Positions 40,931 to 56,752 of a stretch of DNA of 64,000 nt are shown here, one piece after another. Source of the DNA: Eledone cirrhosa (taxonomy: Eukaryota); NCBI GenBank assembly GCA_964016885.1, contig OZ024760.1, positions 7,254,001 through 7,318,000 on the forward strand, given 5' to 3'. The stretch's first letter is position 1; the number at the start of each line of letters is the position of its first letter. Position numbers and translations under genes: made by a program. The notes under the pieces were generated by a model that saw only the letters and a list, made by a program, of their open reading frames with translations, did no database searches and had not been told where the DNA came from.

Positions 40931-41071
40931 CAGGGCCGTCTTAACAGCATTATAGGCCCCCGGCAAAGCAGAGCACTGGGACCAGCTACCTACACAACCA
41001 CTCACAGGATAAAAATACAAATGGGCCCCCTGGGCAACTGCCCAGCGTGCCCATGTGTTAAGACGGTCCTG
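40931..41071. mobile_element. hAT-type MITE, 141 bp
   Basis: TIRs CAGGGCCGTCTTAAC / GTTAAGACGGTCCTG; perfect 8-bp TSD GTTAAGGG. Confidence 0.88.
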
Positions 41072-41366
41072 GTTAAGGGGACGAAGCCACCACAACAACG
41101 AAAATACAATCAGGATATATATTCTGTTTTCAGTAGGCCAACGGTGATTTTTTTTTTTTTTTAATATAAAACAAGAAATTAACAAAAAACTCTGAAAATA
41201 AAGACGCCAACAGTTTATTTATTTTATTTATTCATATTTATTATTCCAGAAGAAATATTTAACAAACATTCAACTAAATTTCTTTAAGAAACTCTGTAAA
41301 CACAAATCCACCAGGAAGTTGGACAAACTAGTTTACATGATACAGCAGGAACCAATCTATCTAGTG

Positions 41367-42017
41367 CTCTCGGGTCGCAAATAATAGGGGAGGAGGAAGG
41401 GTAGTGGAATAAGCGGGTTGAGTTGGAATAAATTGGGGGTGGAATAAGTGGATGGTGGGGGGTGAAATAAACGGAGGATAGAGGGTTGGAATAAGCGGGG
41501 GTGAGTGGAATAAGTAGATTGTGTGGGGCGAATTGGAATGTGTAGGGTGGGTGAAATAAGCGGGGTTTGGAAAAATCAGTAATTTTTCTAGGTTGTCTAC
41601 ATTGATTTTTTTTAAAAACCAGAATTAGTCATTTAGGTTACATATTGAGGCCCCAACCCATCCTATTTATTTTATAACATGGGATTTCTAGTAATGTACC
41701 TTCTTTTGTCATGTATAATGTTTTTTAATGTATAAAGAAAATTAATTGTCGCAGGAATGCTACTACTTAAAATAAAATTTCGCTGGAAATAGATTAGAAA
41801 AATTTAATAAGTGGGGTGATGGGTAGAATAGGAGCAGGGGTGGCGGGTAGAAAAATCTGAAAAGTTAATAAGCAGGGTGGGGTGGATTAAAGCGAGGATG
41901 GTAAGAGGAATAAGAGGGTGTGGTGGGGTGGAATAAAAGCGAGGTGGTGGGTGGAAAAATCTGAAAAAGCAGGGGTTGAGGGGGTGGGGTGGTGGGGGGT
42001 TATTGGAGACCCGAGGG
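41367..42017. mobile_element. Putative non-autonomous DNA transposon with subterminal GGAATAAGCGG repeats
   Basis: Imperfect TIR ctctcgggtcgcaaataa / ttattggagacccgaggg; repeated motif near both ends. Confidence 0.5.
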
Positions 42018-43569
42018 TAGAAATCATGTTCTTTAATATGTCGTCTGCCTCTTGTTTTTATTTTTAGGTTTCGTTTTCTTAACTTCACAACCATTGAGTC
42101 GAGACATACCACTTGTTGTTGAGAGGAGGGGGGGTTGTAGTAGTTGCTTAGTAAGCTGGAGAGGGGCATAGATGGAGAGCAGTGAGGACCGAGGGTGGAT
42201 GGGGGACGGCTGGGATGAGGGTATGGAGGGAGAGGTGGGAGTGGAGTACAGAGGGGTGGGATATAGCTGGAGATGTGGAGGTGGGGGCATGGATGGGGGA
42301 AGAGTGGAATGAGGGTATGGATGGAGAGGTGAGGGTGTGGCATAGGTGGTGGGGAGGTGAGGGTATAGCATGAATGGGAAAGTGAGAAAGGGTGTACGTA
42401 AGATGGGACAATATTTATAAAGGCGTTCCCCTTTAAGGGTCAATTCTCATTTTAACATCAGCTCTAACTTTAATAAAACATCAATATATATGTGTGTGTG
42501 TATATGGGTCAATAAAATAATGTACCAGTTATGTACTGAGGGTCAATATAATTAAATCCCCACCCCCCAAAAAATTTGCTCGCCTTGTGTCAATGTTAGC
42601 AAGAATTATTTTTATTATTAGTTTATGGGGTCGATAAAATAAAGTACCAGTAATACACTGGGTCGATTTAATCAACTCTCCCCTACCCCAAAATTGTTGG
42701 TCTTGTGCCTAAATCAGAAACCATTATAATTATCCACACTATGATAATTTATCAACATTATTAGTATTATGTGGATTATAATAAAGTACCAGTAATACAC
42801 TGGAATAATTGCTGGCCTTGTGCCAAAAGTAGAAACAATTATTAGTATTATGTGGATTAACAGTAATTGGTAGAGCGTTGAACACCATGCTCTGCGACAG
42901 AGTTATGGCCCTCTATGTTCTGAGTTCAAATCCTACCACGCGGTCAGCTTTACCTTTCATACTTACTGGGTCAATAAAATAAAGTACCAGTAATGCATTG
43001 GGGTCAATTTAATTGGACCCGCTCCTTTCCTTTTAAATTAGTGGCCTTGTGCCTAAATCATAAACCATTTTGCCTTCCATCCTTATGGGGTCGATAAAAT
43101 AAAGTACCAGTAATACACTGGGGTATTTGCTGGCCTTGTGCCAAAAGTAGAAACAATTATTTATATTTTATCATACTTTATCATAATTTATCATAATTTA
43201 TCGCTATTATCATAATTTATCACTATCATAATTTATCAACATTATCATAATTTATCAACATTATCAAATTTATCAACATTATCAAATTTATCAGTGTTAA
43301 TGTGATAATCAATATTAACAAAACTCATAAGTACTATCACTTTTATCAGTATTATTACAATAAGCAGTAGGGCGGTGGGTTGATAAAGCCTGTAGGACAT
43401 TGAAGAAAATGTTAGTGGTGGGTTGATAAAGTCGGTAGAGCACCGAAGAAAATGTTCATTTGCAATATTTGCTTCTACTCTTAAGGTTCTGAGTTCAAAT
43501 CCTGTCAAAGTCAGCTTTGCCTTTCATTGAAGAAGAGATAGAACAAGAGAGATAGATAGATAGACACAC

Positions 43570-46071
<2,502 letters not shown>

Positions 46072-46072
<1 letters not shown>

Positions 46073-46116
46073 TCCTGATGATTTCATACGAATGCAACAG
46101 TTCTAGTCCTGTAGAA
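46072..46116 (+). ncRNA. Degenerate hammerhead motif (GUA-site family)
   Basis: TTC-CTGATGA-tttcatacgaat-GCAA-CAGttctagtcCTG-TA-GAA; GAAA changed to GCAA, while related copies (11.2, 14.3, 18.6 kb) keep GAAA. Confidence 0.5.
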
Positions 46117-46212
46117 GTCATTTCTATGTATAATAAAGATGCCTATAATCTACCAATGTATTGAGTACCTTTTTTAATAGTGGTAACCTCCAACACAACT
46201 TAGGAACCTACA

Positions 46213-46267
<55 letters not shown>

Positions 46268-46355
46268 CATGGAGAGAGAGAGGGTGGGAGATAGAGAGAT
46301 TGAGGGAGGGGTAAGAAGGAATGATTGACAAGGGAATGTGCTGGAAAGCCAACTA

Positions 46356-46477
46356 TTATTTTATCCGTGCCAACAGAGTATGGAACACATCCAGGAATAT
46401 GTCAACATGTTTCTTCCGTAGAATCAAAGTTGGTCGGAAACGTAGGGTGACAGTTCCAGAACCACCCAGGTTGATAC
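46356..46477 (-). CDS. ABAT: 4-aminobutyrate aminotransferase, last coding exon
   Basis: (G)INLGGSGTVTLRFRPTLILRKKHVDIFLDVFHTLLARIK*; ttgcag acceptor; RFRPTL motif. Confidence 0.95.
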
Positions 46478-46518
46478 CTGCAAAGAGGGAACACCACAAC
46501 AACAACAACAACAACATC

Positions 46519-46550
<32 letters not shown>

Positions 46551-46732
46551 CAACAACAAACACAACAACAATAATAATAATAATTGTTTCTACTTTTTTG
46601 GCACAAGGCCAGCAATTATCCCCAGTGCATTACTGGTACTTTATTTTATCGATCCCCGTAAGGATGAAAGGCAAAGTTGACCTCGGCGGGATTTGAACTC
46701 AGAATGGCAAGGGCCGTAAATCTATGCGTTAA

Positions 46733-47344
46733 AGCATGGTGTCCGACCCTCTACCGATACTGCCATGGTGTCCGATCTTCTACCGATACTGCCATGGCGT
46801 CCGATCTTCTACCGATACTGCCATGGTGTCCGACCCTCTACCGATACTGCCATGGTGTCTGACCCACTACCGATACTGGCATGGTGTCCGACCCTCTACC
46901 GATACTGCCATGGTATCTGACCCACTACCGATACTGCCATGGCGTCCGATCTTCTACCGATACTGCCATGGTGTCCGACCCTCTACCGATACTGGCATGG
47001 TGTCCAACCCTCTACTGATACTGCCATGGCGTCCGACCCTCTACCGATACTGCCATGGTGTCCGACCCTCTACCGATACTGCCATGGTATCTGACCCACT
47101 ACCGATACTGGCATGGTGTCCAACCCTCTACCGATACTGCCATGGTATCTGACCCACTACCGATACTGGCATGGTGTCCAACCCTCTACCGATACTGCCA
47201 TGGTATCTGACCCACTACCGATACTGGCATGGTGTCCAACCCTCTACCGATACGGCCATGGTGTCTGACCCTCTACCAATACTGGCATGGTGTCTGACCA
47301 TCTACTGATACTGCCATGGTGTCTGACCCTCTACCGATACTGGC
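46733..47344. repeat. 29-bp minisatellite derived from a family B SINE head
   Basis: Unit ccatggtgtccgaccctctaccgatactg, continuous with the SINE at ~46580-46760. Confidence 0.93.
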
Positions 47345-47776
47345 AACAACAACAATAACTAATTGTTTCTACTCTTAGTACAATAGAAAGAACACTGCAC
47401 ATGCCCAAGACACACAAAACTGTGCTCAATAATGCAGTGATGACATGAAGGTCCAATATAGGCAACATTATACATACTATTGGCTCCCAAAAGATGGAGC
47501 TGGATAGATCTACACATAAATCATCATCATCACCACCACTACCATCATCATCATCATTACCACCACCACCACTACCACTACCATCATTACCATCATCATT
47601 ACCACCACCACCACCATTACCACCACCACTACCATCATCACCACCACCACCACCATTACGATCATCATCATCATCATTACCACCACCACCATCATCACCA
47701 CAACCATCACCACAACCATCACTACCATCACTACCATCACCAACAACCCCATCACCCCCTCCACCACCAAGTTTAC

Positions 47777-47888
47777 CTTTTAATCTTGCATTGTTGATGA
47801 AAGCATCACGGGTGGCCGCATCCCTGAAATCAATGGCAGTGTAAGTTCCGACACCCCTGGCCCGACTTATGATTCCTGGGTACTTCCG
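47777..47888 (-). CDS. ABAT: 4-aminobutyrate aminotransferase exon
   Basis: 112 nt, RKYPGIISRARGVGTYTAIDFRDAATRDAFINNARLK(G), AG/GT bounded. Confidence 0.95.
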
Positions 47889-47957
47889 CTGTGAAAAGAA
47901 GAGAGAAAATTATAAATGGACTTCTACAGACTTCTAGATCAGGTGGAAACAGGTGAT

Positions 47958-49047
47958 AAACACCAACAACAACAACACTGACATCAACAACAACAACACT
48001 GACATCAACAACAACAACACTAACATCACTAACAACAACAACAACAACACTAACATCAACACCACCACCAACAACAACACCAACAACACTGACATCAACA
48101 CCACCACCACCACCAATAACACTAATAACAACACTAACACCAACATCAACGACATCAACACCAACAACAACACCACCACCAACAACAACAACACCACCAA
48201 CAACAACACTAACATCAACACCACCACCAACAACAACACCACCACCAACAACAACACTAACATCAACACCAACAACACCACCACCAACAACAACAACACC
48301 ACCACCAACAACAACACTAACATCAACACCACCACCAACAACAACATCACCACCAACAACAACACTAACATCAACACCAACAACACCACCACCAACAACA
48401 ACACCACCACCAACAACAACACTAACATCAACACCACCACCAACAACAACATCACCACCAACAACAACACTAACATCAACACCAACAACACCACCACCAA
48501 CAACAACACCACCACCAACAACAACACTAACATCAACACCACCACCAACAACATCACCACCAACAACAACACTAACATCAACACCAACAACACCACCAAC
48601 AACAACAACACCACCACCAACAACAACACTAACATCAACACCAACAACACCACCAACAACAACAGTAACATCAACACCACCACCAACAACACCACCACCA
48701 ACAACACCAACACCAACAACACTGACATCAACACCAACAACAACACCACCAACAACAACAACAACAACACCACCACCAACAACACTGACATCAACACCAA
48801 CACCAATAACACTAACAACAACAACAACAACACTGATATCAACACCACCACCAACAACAACCACACCACACCACCACCTCCAACAAACACCAAAACCAGC
48901 ACCCCTCAAACAACCACACCACCACCAACAACAACAACCACACCACATCACACCACACCACACCACCAACAAACACCAAAACCAGCACCCCTCAAACAAC
49001 CACACCACCACCAACAACAACAACCACACCACCACCAACAACAACAA
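47958..49047. repeat. AAC/ACC low-complexity tract in ABAT intron
   Basis: Direct inspection. Confidence 0.95.
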
Positions 49048-49079
49048 AATAGTGACAATATAGAAACACTGATATTTAC

Positions 49080-49226
49080 CTGGGCGTCTTCCAGTGATTT
49101 CAACAGGTATTTACCTGTGTCCTTGACCAAACTCAACAGGTTTTCCTCTTTAATCACTTTAACAACTGCCTCCAGCTGGATCACTTTGCTCGGGTCACCC
49201 ACCCACGTGTTGAAAATACGGCCAGC
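49080..49226 (-). CDS. ABAT: 4-aminobutyrate aminotransferase exon
   Basis: 147 nt, AGRIFNTWVGDPSKVIQLEAVVKVIKEENLLSLVKDTGKYLLKSLEDAQ. Confidence 0.96.
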
Positions 49227-49488
49227 CTACATAAATGATATTGGAGACGGTTATATAGGAATGTGTGTGCCTGTGTATGTATGTGTATGTCTGTATATAT
49301 ATGTGTGTGTATATATATATATATATGTGTGTGTGTGCTTGGTGGTCATCGATGTCTCCAGCTAGTTTGTTTACCAGCATATCATGAAAAATTATACATC
49401 TATGTATTTTGTCTGAGGAAGACATGCTTTGCTTTACATCTTCGAAATATGCATAACGAAATAAATAGAGATATCTTTCATTTATTAC

Positions 49489-49549
<61 letters not shown>

Positions 49550-49678
49550 ACATATACAATTGGACAATTCGTTTAAACCATGCTAGCGTGGAAAAACGAA
49601 GATGATAATGTGTGTGTATGTGTATACACACACACATATATATGGTGAATATATATATATGTGTGCGTATAATGTGTA

Positions 49679-49716
<38 letters not shown>

Positions 49717-50636
49717 GCATATGTGTGTGTACGTATATATATGTATGTGTATAAACACACACATTCATGCGCACACAGTCACGTTGGTCTAAAATTTTCA
49801 AGATCCTTTCTATAACTATCACGGAAAAAGAAAGTCAGGGGCGACAACTCAAACATTGTCTTAATTATGTTGTTTTTAGAGTTGTCGTTCTTGTATTTTT
49901 TATTATTGGAAATGATGGCCATGTTTGATATCGGTGACTAATTCGAAGTTTAAATAAAAAGAAACGGCTGAATAACTCATAAAAGTCATTAAAAAGCGTA
50001 ATTCACAAATTGACATATCTTTTGGGTATATTTTTATTATTGCATCCGTCTTTGAAATGGGTGTTATGGAGTTCTCGGGTGTTGGGGAATCGCAAAAATA
50101 ATCGAGAAGGCCTTGTTCGTTTAAACAGGGAAACAATTTTCATCTTCAAACTGCTAAGCAAACCTATCAACTAGCTGCCCTTAAAATTAATAAAAAATTA
50201 AAAAAATAGAATTTCTATTACAACCGTCTCCGTGGTGGGTGTAATAGTAAAAAATAACCTCATCATCTTATTTAACCCCTTAATGTTCAAACTGACCAAA
50301 ACTGACCAGAATTCTCTACTTCTTTCTGTTGAAACTGGCTGTAACTGGTCACTCAAACTGATGTTAAGGTATTGTTCTCAAAATAAATACTTTCAAAATC
50401 TCATAGATTCGATATTATGTGAGATAATTATGCGAGGTAAAGCCTTTAGCATGAAAATACAATAGTATATATAGAGTAATGTGAATGCTAAAGGGTTAAA
50501 ATATTGTTTTCTATTACACGTCAGCATATCTTTTACTTCTTTCCCACATCCTGAATACTGCAATAAATGTGAGGGTCACTGCATCCGTAGCAGAACGGAA
50601 TATCAGTAAACACTCTCGCCCTCTCTTTATATATAT

Positions 50637-51186
50637 TCTAGCAGAATGGCCCGGCGTTGCTCGGGATTTGCTCTAGCGTTTTTATATATTTGATATATAT
50701 TTATCCTTATCGAGCCTCGTGATATAAATACGTTTGTTTATATTTTGTTATTGTGTATGCAAAAATATCTGAACACGAATATATAATTATATATATATAT
50801 ATCAAAATAACAGATTAAAGTTTAAGCAAAGAATCGCTGCTTTCACCCTTAACGGGATCTTTTGAAATTAAAAAAATCAATCTGTGAAAACGCAGAAGTA
50901 AATATTTCGAAAAACGTTACACACTATATATACATATATACACACACATATAGCGTCATAATGCAGACAGCAGACATACGGACAGATATTATAAGGGCGC
51001 AACGTTATATCTATGTATGGCTAAATCGCCTAATGCGGTCCCTAGGGCATTGGAAATTTGAAATAATTTTTGCTCAAAACACTCGCAGGACCATAAGTAT
51101 TACATGTGTAAAGTTTGAAAACAATCGGTTGGGTGGTTCTCGAGTTTTAGGGAGTCAGACAGACATTCTGTTTTAGATATATAGAT
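50637..51186 (+). mobile_element. Helentron-associated (HINE/DINE-like) non-autonomous element
   Basis: 5' ctagcagaatggcccggcgttgctcggg; 3' block aagtttgaaaacaatcgg...cagacagac...tatatagat; similar 5' end at ~30024. Confidence 0.55.
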
Positions 51187-51194
51187 ACACACAC

Positions 51195-51239
<45 letters not shown>

Positions 51240-51259
51240 CATACACATATATATACAGA

Positions 51260-51962
51260 TTGGAAAGAAATGAAGCATACATGCTCCGATGGATGTGTAA
51301 TAGTAATACACACGAATGGCAAAGCGTAAATGAACTTAGAGAGAAATTAGGCATAAGAAGAATCAGATGCAGTATACTAGAGAGGAGATTGCGTTGGTAT
51401 GGCCATGTGATGCATATGAAGGATGACAGCTGTATAAAATGATGCAGGGTGATCAAAATTGATGGAAGCTATGGAGTAGGAAGACCTGGGACGAGATGAT
51501 AAAAGCTGACCTAGCACAATTGCACCTCTCAAAGACAATTACACAGGATCAAAATCTTTGGTGTTGTGCAGTAAGTAATACAGAACATCCGACTTCCCTT
51601 GCACACAGACTCAAACATACACCCAGTAGACACCTCTTAATTCACTATACTCCCTTCCATATACCCCCACACCACCCTCCCTCTTCTGCCCTCAACACCC
51701 CTACACTGTAAAGTTATGTTGGTATCACAAAAACATCCAGCCCGCACTGTAAAGTGGTTGTGTAGGTGTCATGACTAAAAGCACCCAGCACACAATGTAA
51801 AGTGGTTGGCATTAGGAAGGGCATCCAATCATAGAAACCAAGCCAGAATCAGTCATATATGAGCAAGACACAGTCACCTGACCCAACTTGCCTCTAATGG
51901 GACAAACCTGTCTAACCCATGCTAGTGTAGAAAATAGACGTTAAACGATGATGATGATGATA
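51260..51962 (+). mobile_element. RTE-type LINE 3' end
   Basis: ERNEAYMLRWMC...ELREKLGI...RRLRWYGHVM, then 3' UTR ending in (GAT)n. Confidence 0.85.
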
Positions 51963-52173
51963 GTATATACACACACATACATACATGCATATACATACAT
52001 ATACATATGAATACATACATATATAGTTATGTAACAAACAACATAAGATAATTATTTCATTTACCAGTGGTTTCTTGAAAGCAGATGTTGTATCTGTTTT
52101 CAGTTGTCAGAATGAATAAAAAAACATGGTGTTTTTATTAAATATGGATTTGAAAACCTACATATATATATAT

Positions 52174-52434
52174 AAGGATTAAAATACTGGAGCGTGTTGG
52201 AGTTAAACACCCTCTTCGTATTATAGAAATGACAGTAAAGGTATAGCTCAATGCAGTTAAACAGAGCCCAAAAAATTAAGAGAGTAAAACAAAGAAGCCT
52301 TTAATTGCTTCCGGCTTGTATCTGCCGATATTACTTCTTGTTGTTTTAATTGCCCTGATGAGTCCTTAATAGGACGAAACATTGTCGGCTAATAAAAACT
52401 TTTGATGTATTAAAGGCTTCTTTGTTTTACTCTC

Positions 52435-52440
<6 letters not shown>
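52174..52440. mobile_element. Short fold-back element enclosing a hammerhead
   Basis: ~32-bp inverted repeat (aattaagagagtaaaacaaagaagcctttaat, ~52274-52305 vs 52409-52440), ~100-bp tail, (TA)n flanks. Confidence 0.65.
52352..52389 (+). ncRNA. Minimal type I hammerhead ribozyme
   Basis: GCC-CTGATGA-GTCCT taat AGGAC-GAAA-CATTG-TC-GGC; intact core; stem I extends imperfectly (gttttaattgcc / ggctaataaaaac). Confidence 0.75.
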
Positions 52441-52473
<33 letters not shown>

Positions 52474-52842
52474 AGAGATCACAGCTCTGATACTACGGGC
52501 ATGGGGTTAGAATGTCTCAGTAAAAAAAATCATTGGACAAATTTTACGAACAAAAGCCAACTAGCGGGAAACCAAGAAGTAGATCCCAAGCAAGATGGTT
52601 GGATAACATCCAAGAGCTTGGCTGGTCTCACTTGGGGATTCAGCCAGATCAATTTGAGATGATTGCTTCTGATGTCATCTGCTGGAATGAGTGTTTAAGG
52701 ACTCTTTTCACCACCTTGGACCCTCCCCTGAATAAGTGGACGAAAAAGAACAGCAACTCAACCATTTACTGCCACTCCATAATATTAAAATCCAACATGG
52801 TCGACCCTTAATGTTAAGATATACATCAGTTGTCTTCCTTAC

Positions 52843-53010
52843 CTCGTGTGGCATCTGGTTGCTCTTGAAGTAAAAACCGCCGCTCAACATTTTCTTACTG
52901 AAGCTAACAAGATCTGGAGGTTCCGGAAGGTTAAAATATTCGTGGGCCCACATCTTGCCAGTTGCGCCGCAACCAGTTTGAATTTCGTCGAGCATCAGAC
53001 TGATATGGTT
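52843..53010 (-). CDS. ABAT: 4-aminobutyrate aminotransferase exon (PLP-binding lysine region)
   Basis: 168 nt, NHISLMLDEIQTGCGATGKMWAHEYFNLPEPPDLVSFSKKMLSGGFYFKSNQMPHE; class III aminotransferase DExQTG and SKK motifs. Confidence 0.97.
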
Positions 53011-53500
53011 CTTTAAAATACAGAGGAAATGTGTCAGGGAAATTTCTTCCTTTTTAATTCAGGATTTAATGAATGTTAAATGATGATGGTGATGATGATG
53101 ATAACATTTGATGATAATGGTGACGTTGGTGATGATGATTGTGGTGGCGTTTGATAATGATGTTGGTAATAGTGAGGATCATGGTGGTGGTGGTGGCGTT
53201 TGATGATGATGTTGATAATGATGATGATGATGATGATGATGGTGGTGATTGCGTTTGATGATGACGTTGGTGATGTCGGTGATGATGATGATGATGATGA
53301 TGATGATAATGGTGTGGTTGTGGTAATGATGGTGATGGTGGTAGTGGTTTTGGTTGTGATGATGATGGTGATTGTGATGATAATAATGAGGGTGAGGATT
53401 ATGTTGGTGATGGTGGTGATGGTGGTGGTTGTGATGGTGGTAGTGAGAATGTTGGTGATGGTGATGAGGATGATGATAGAGATGATGATGATGAAAATAC

Positions 53501-53638
53501 CTTTTTGGAAATTTTCTGAAGCTCCTGGAAGAAGTATGGCGTGGCATGGTTGTCACCGCCTTCCCCCTGGATTGGTTCGACACATATTCCGGCTACGGGA
53601 TGGTTCATCTTGGAGTACTTCTCTATCAGTTCCTCCAC
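53501..53638 (-). CDS. ABAT: 4-aminobutyrate aminotransferase exon
   Basis: 138 nt, [46 protein letters not shown]. Confidence 0.97.
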
Positions 53639-53790
53639 CTGTGTGTAAGCGAGACATCTTAAAATTAAGATCTATCTCTAGGCAGGCCCATTAAGATTTT
53701 GTTAAGATGTAAACTTTAGGTTGACATGTCAAGATTTAGTTAAAACTTATCTTATATAAACGATATATAAACTATATCTTAAGTAGAAAT

Positions 53791-54555
53791 GTTAAGATAT
53801 AGTTAAGACTTATCTTTAGGTAGATGTTAAGATATAGTTAAGACTTATCTTTAGGTAGATGTTAAGATATAGTTAAGACTTATCTTTAGGTAGATGTTAA
53901 GATATAGTTAAGACTTATCTTTAGGTAGATGTTAAGATATAGTTAAGACTTATCTTTAGGTAGATGTTAAGATATAGTTAAGACTTATCTTTAGGTAGAT
54001 GTTAAGATATAGTTAAGACTTATCTTTAGGTAGATGTTAAGATATAGTTAAGACTTATCTTTAGGTAGATGTTAAGATATAGTTAAGACTTATCTTTAGG
54101 TAGATGTTAAGATAGAGTTAAGACTTATCTTTAGGTAGATGTTAAGATATAGTTAAGACTTATCTTTAGGTAGAGATGTTAAGATATAGTTAAGACTTAT
54201 CTTTAGGTAGAGATGTCAAGATCTAGTTAAGACTTATCTTTAGGTAGATGTTAAGATATAGTTAAGACTTATCTTTAGGTAGATGTTAAGATATAGTTAA
54301 GACTTATCTTTAGGTAGATGTTAAGATAGAGTTAAGACTTATCTTTAGGTAGATGTTAAGATTTAGTTAAGACTTATCTTTAGGTAGATGTTAAGATATA
54401 GTTAAGACTTATCTTTAGGTAGATGTTAACATATAGTTAAGACTTATCTTTAGGTAGATGTTAAGATAGAGTTAAGACTTATCTTTAGGTAGATGTCAAG
54501 ATTTAGTTAAGACTTATCTTAAGTAGAGATGTTAAGATATAGTTAAGACTTATCT
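53791..54555. repeat. 35-bp minisatellite
   Basis: Unit gttaagatatagttaagacttatctttaggtagat. Confidence 0.95.
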
Positions 54556-55178
54556 ACCACACCACAGTACCACAACCCCACCACACTCCACACTACCACC
54601 ACACCACACTACCATTACTCCACACCACACCACACTATCACCCCACACCACACTATCACCCCACCCCACACCACACTATCACACCACACCACACCATCAC
54701 ACCACACCACACCACACTATCACACCACACCACACCACACCACACTATCACACCACTCCACACTACCACACCACACCATCACACCACACCACACCACACT
54801 ATCACAACACACCACACCACACCACACTATCACACCACACCACACCACGCCACACCACGCCACACCACACCACTCCACACTACACCACACCACACCACAC
54901 CACACCACACTATCACAACACACCACACCACACCACACCACACCACACCACACCACTCCACTCCACACCACACCACACCACACCACACCACACCACACTA
55001 CCACACCACACCACACCACACCACACCACACCACACTATCACACCACACCACACCACACTATCACACCACACCACACCACACCACACCACACCACACCAC
55101 ACCACACCACACCACACCACACCACACCACACCACACCACACCACACCACCCCACTCCGCACTACCACCTCACACTAC
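54556..55178. repeat. (CACAC)n pentanucleotide repeat
   Basis: Direct inspection. Confidence 0.95.
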
Positions 55179-55182
55179 CTAC

Positions 55183-55331
55183 CTCAGCTAAACATCTGTC
55201 TTCTTCGATACGATTCTCCTTCTGGTGCTCTTTCAGGGGGTACTTCAAATAAGGGAACGATGCAATCGGCCATCGAGGTTGGGGGAAGTCCAGCTTGTGA
55301 AACCACTTTGTGTGGGTGAGAGCTAGGGCCC
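55183..55331 (-). CDS. ABAT: 4-aminobutyrate aminotransferase exon
   Basis: 149 nt, (G)ALALTHTKWFHKLDFPQPRWPIASFPYLKYPLKEHQKENRIEEDRCLAE. Confidence 0.95.
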
Positions 55332-55624
55332 CTGTAAAGCAGAGTAGAGAAAAGGGTCGATTAGTATGTATTAGTAGTACAGGAGAGGTTGGGGCAGGGA
55401 GGGGGGGATTGCTAGATGTGTGAAGTGGGCGAATTAGTATATTAGTACATGTGGAGGGGGAGGGGATGTGATTGTGGGTGTGGTATAGGGGAGGGGTGTT
55501 AGTATATTAGTAAATATGTGGTGGGTGGGTGGGGGGTGTAGAGGAGGGGTGTTAGTATATTAGTAAATATGTGGTTGTGGTGGTGGTGGTGGCGAGGAGG
55601 GGTGTTAGTATATAGTAAATATAT

Positions 55625-56752
55625 AGTGGTGGCGAGGAGTAGATGTGGGTGTGGTGTAGGGGTGGTGGTGGCGAGGAGTAGATGTGGGTGTGGTGTAGGG
55701 GTGGTGGTGGCGAGGAGTAGATGTGGGTGTGGTGTAGTGGTGGTGGTGGCGAGGAGTAGATGTGGGTGTGGTGTAGTGGTGGTGGTGGCGAAGAGTAGAT
55801 GTGGGTGTGGTGTAGTGGTGGTGGTGGCGAGGAGTAGATGTGGGTGTGGTGTAGGGGTGGTGGTGGCGAGGAGTAGATGTGGGTGTGGTGTAGGGGTGGT
55901 GGTGGCGAGGAGTAGATGTGGGTGTGGTGTAGTGGTGGTGGTGGCGAGGAGTAGATGTGGGTGTGGTGTAGTGGTGGTGGTGGCGAGGAGTAGATGTGGG
56001 TGTGGTGTAGTGGTGGTGGTGGCGAGGAGTAGATGTGGGTGTGGTGTAGGGGTGGTGGTGGCGAGGAGTAGATGTGGGTGTGGTGTAGTGGTGGTGGTGG
56101 CGAGGAGTAGATGTGGGTGTGGTGTAGTGGTGGTGGTGGCGAGGAGTAGATGTGGGTGTGGTGTAGGGGTGGTGGTGGCGAGGAGTAGATGTGGGTGTGG
56201 TGTAGGGGTGGTGGTGGCGAGGAGTAGATGTGGGTGTGGTGTAGTGGTGGTGGTGGCGAGGAGTAGATGTGGGTGTGGTGTAGTGGTGGTGGTGGCGAAG
56301 AGTAGATGTGGGTGTGGTGTAGTGGTGGTGGTGGCGAGGAGTAGATGTGGGTGTGGTGTAGGGGTGGTGGTGGCGAGGAGTAGATGTGGGTGTGGTGTAG
56401 GGGTGGTGGTGGCGAGGAGTAGATGTGGGTGTGGTGTAGTGGTGGTGGTGGCGAGGAGTAGATGTGGGTGTGGTGTAGTGGTGGTGGTGGCGAGGAGTAG
56501 ATGTGGGTGTGGTGTAGTGGTGGTGGTGGCGAGGAGTAGATGTGGGTGTGGTGTAGGGGTGGTGGTGGCGAGGAGTAGATGTGGGTGTGGTGTAGTGGTG
56601 GTGGTGGCGAGGAGTAGATGTGGGTGTGGTGTAGTGGTGGTGGTGGCGAAGAGTAGATGTGGGTGTGGTGTAGTGGTGGTGGTGGCGAGGAGTAGATGTG
56701 GGTGTGGTGTAGTGGTGGTGGTGGCGAGGAGTAGATGTGGGTGTGGTGTAGG
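55625..56752. repeat. 39-bp G-rich minisatellite
   Basis: Unit gtggtggtggcgaggagtagatgtgggtgtggtgtag(t/g)g. Confidence 0.95.

Noticed and set aside
47830-49365. 400-470-aa Asn/Thr or Val/Gly ORFs
   Set aside because: Trinucleotide low complexity within an ABAT intron
53791-54555. CRISPR-like regular 35-bp repeats (also the 29-, 40- and 67-bp arrays)
   Set aside because: No unique spacers, no cas genes, eukaryotic intron context
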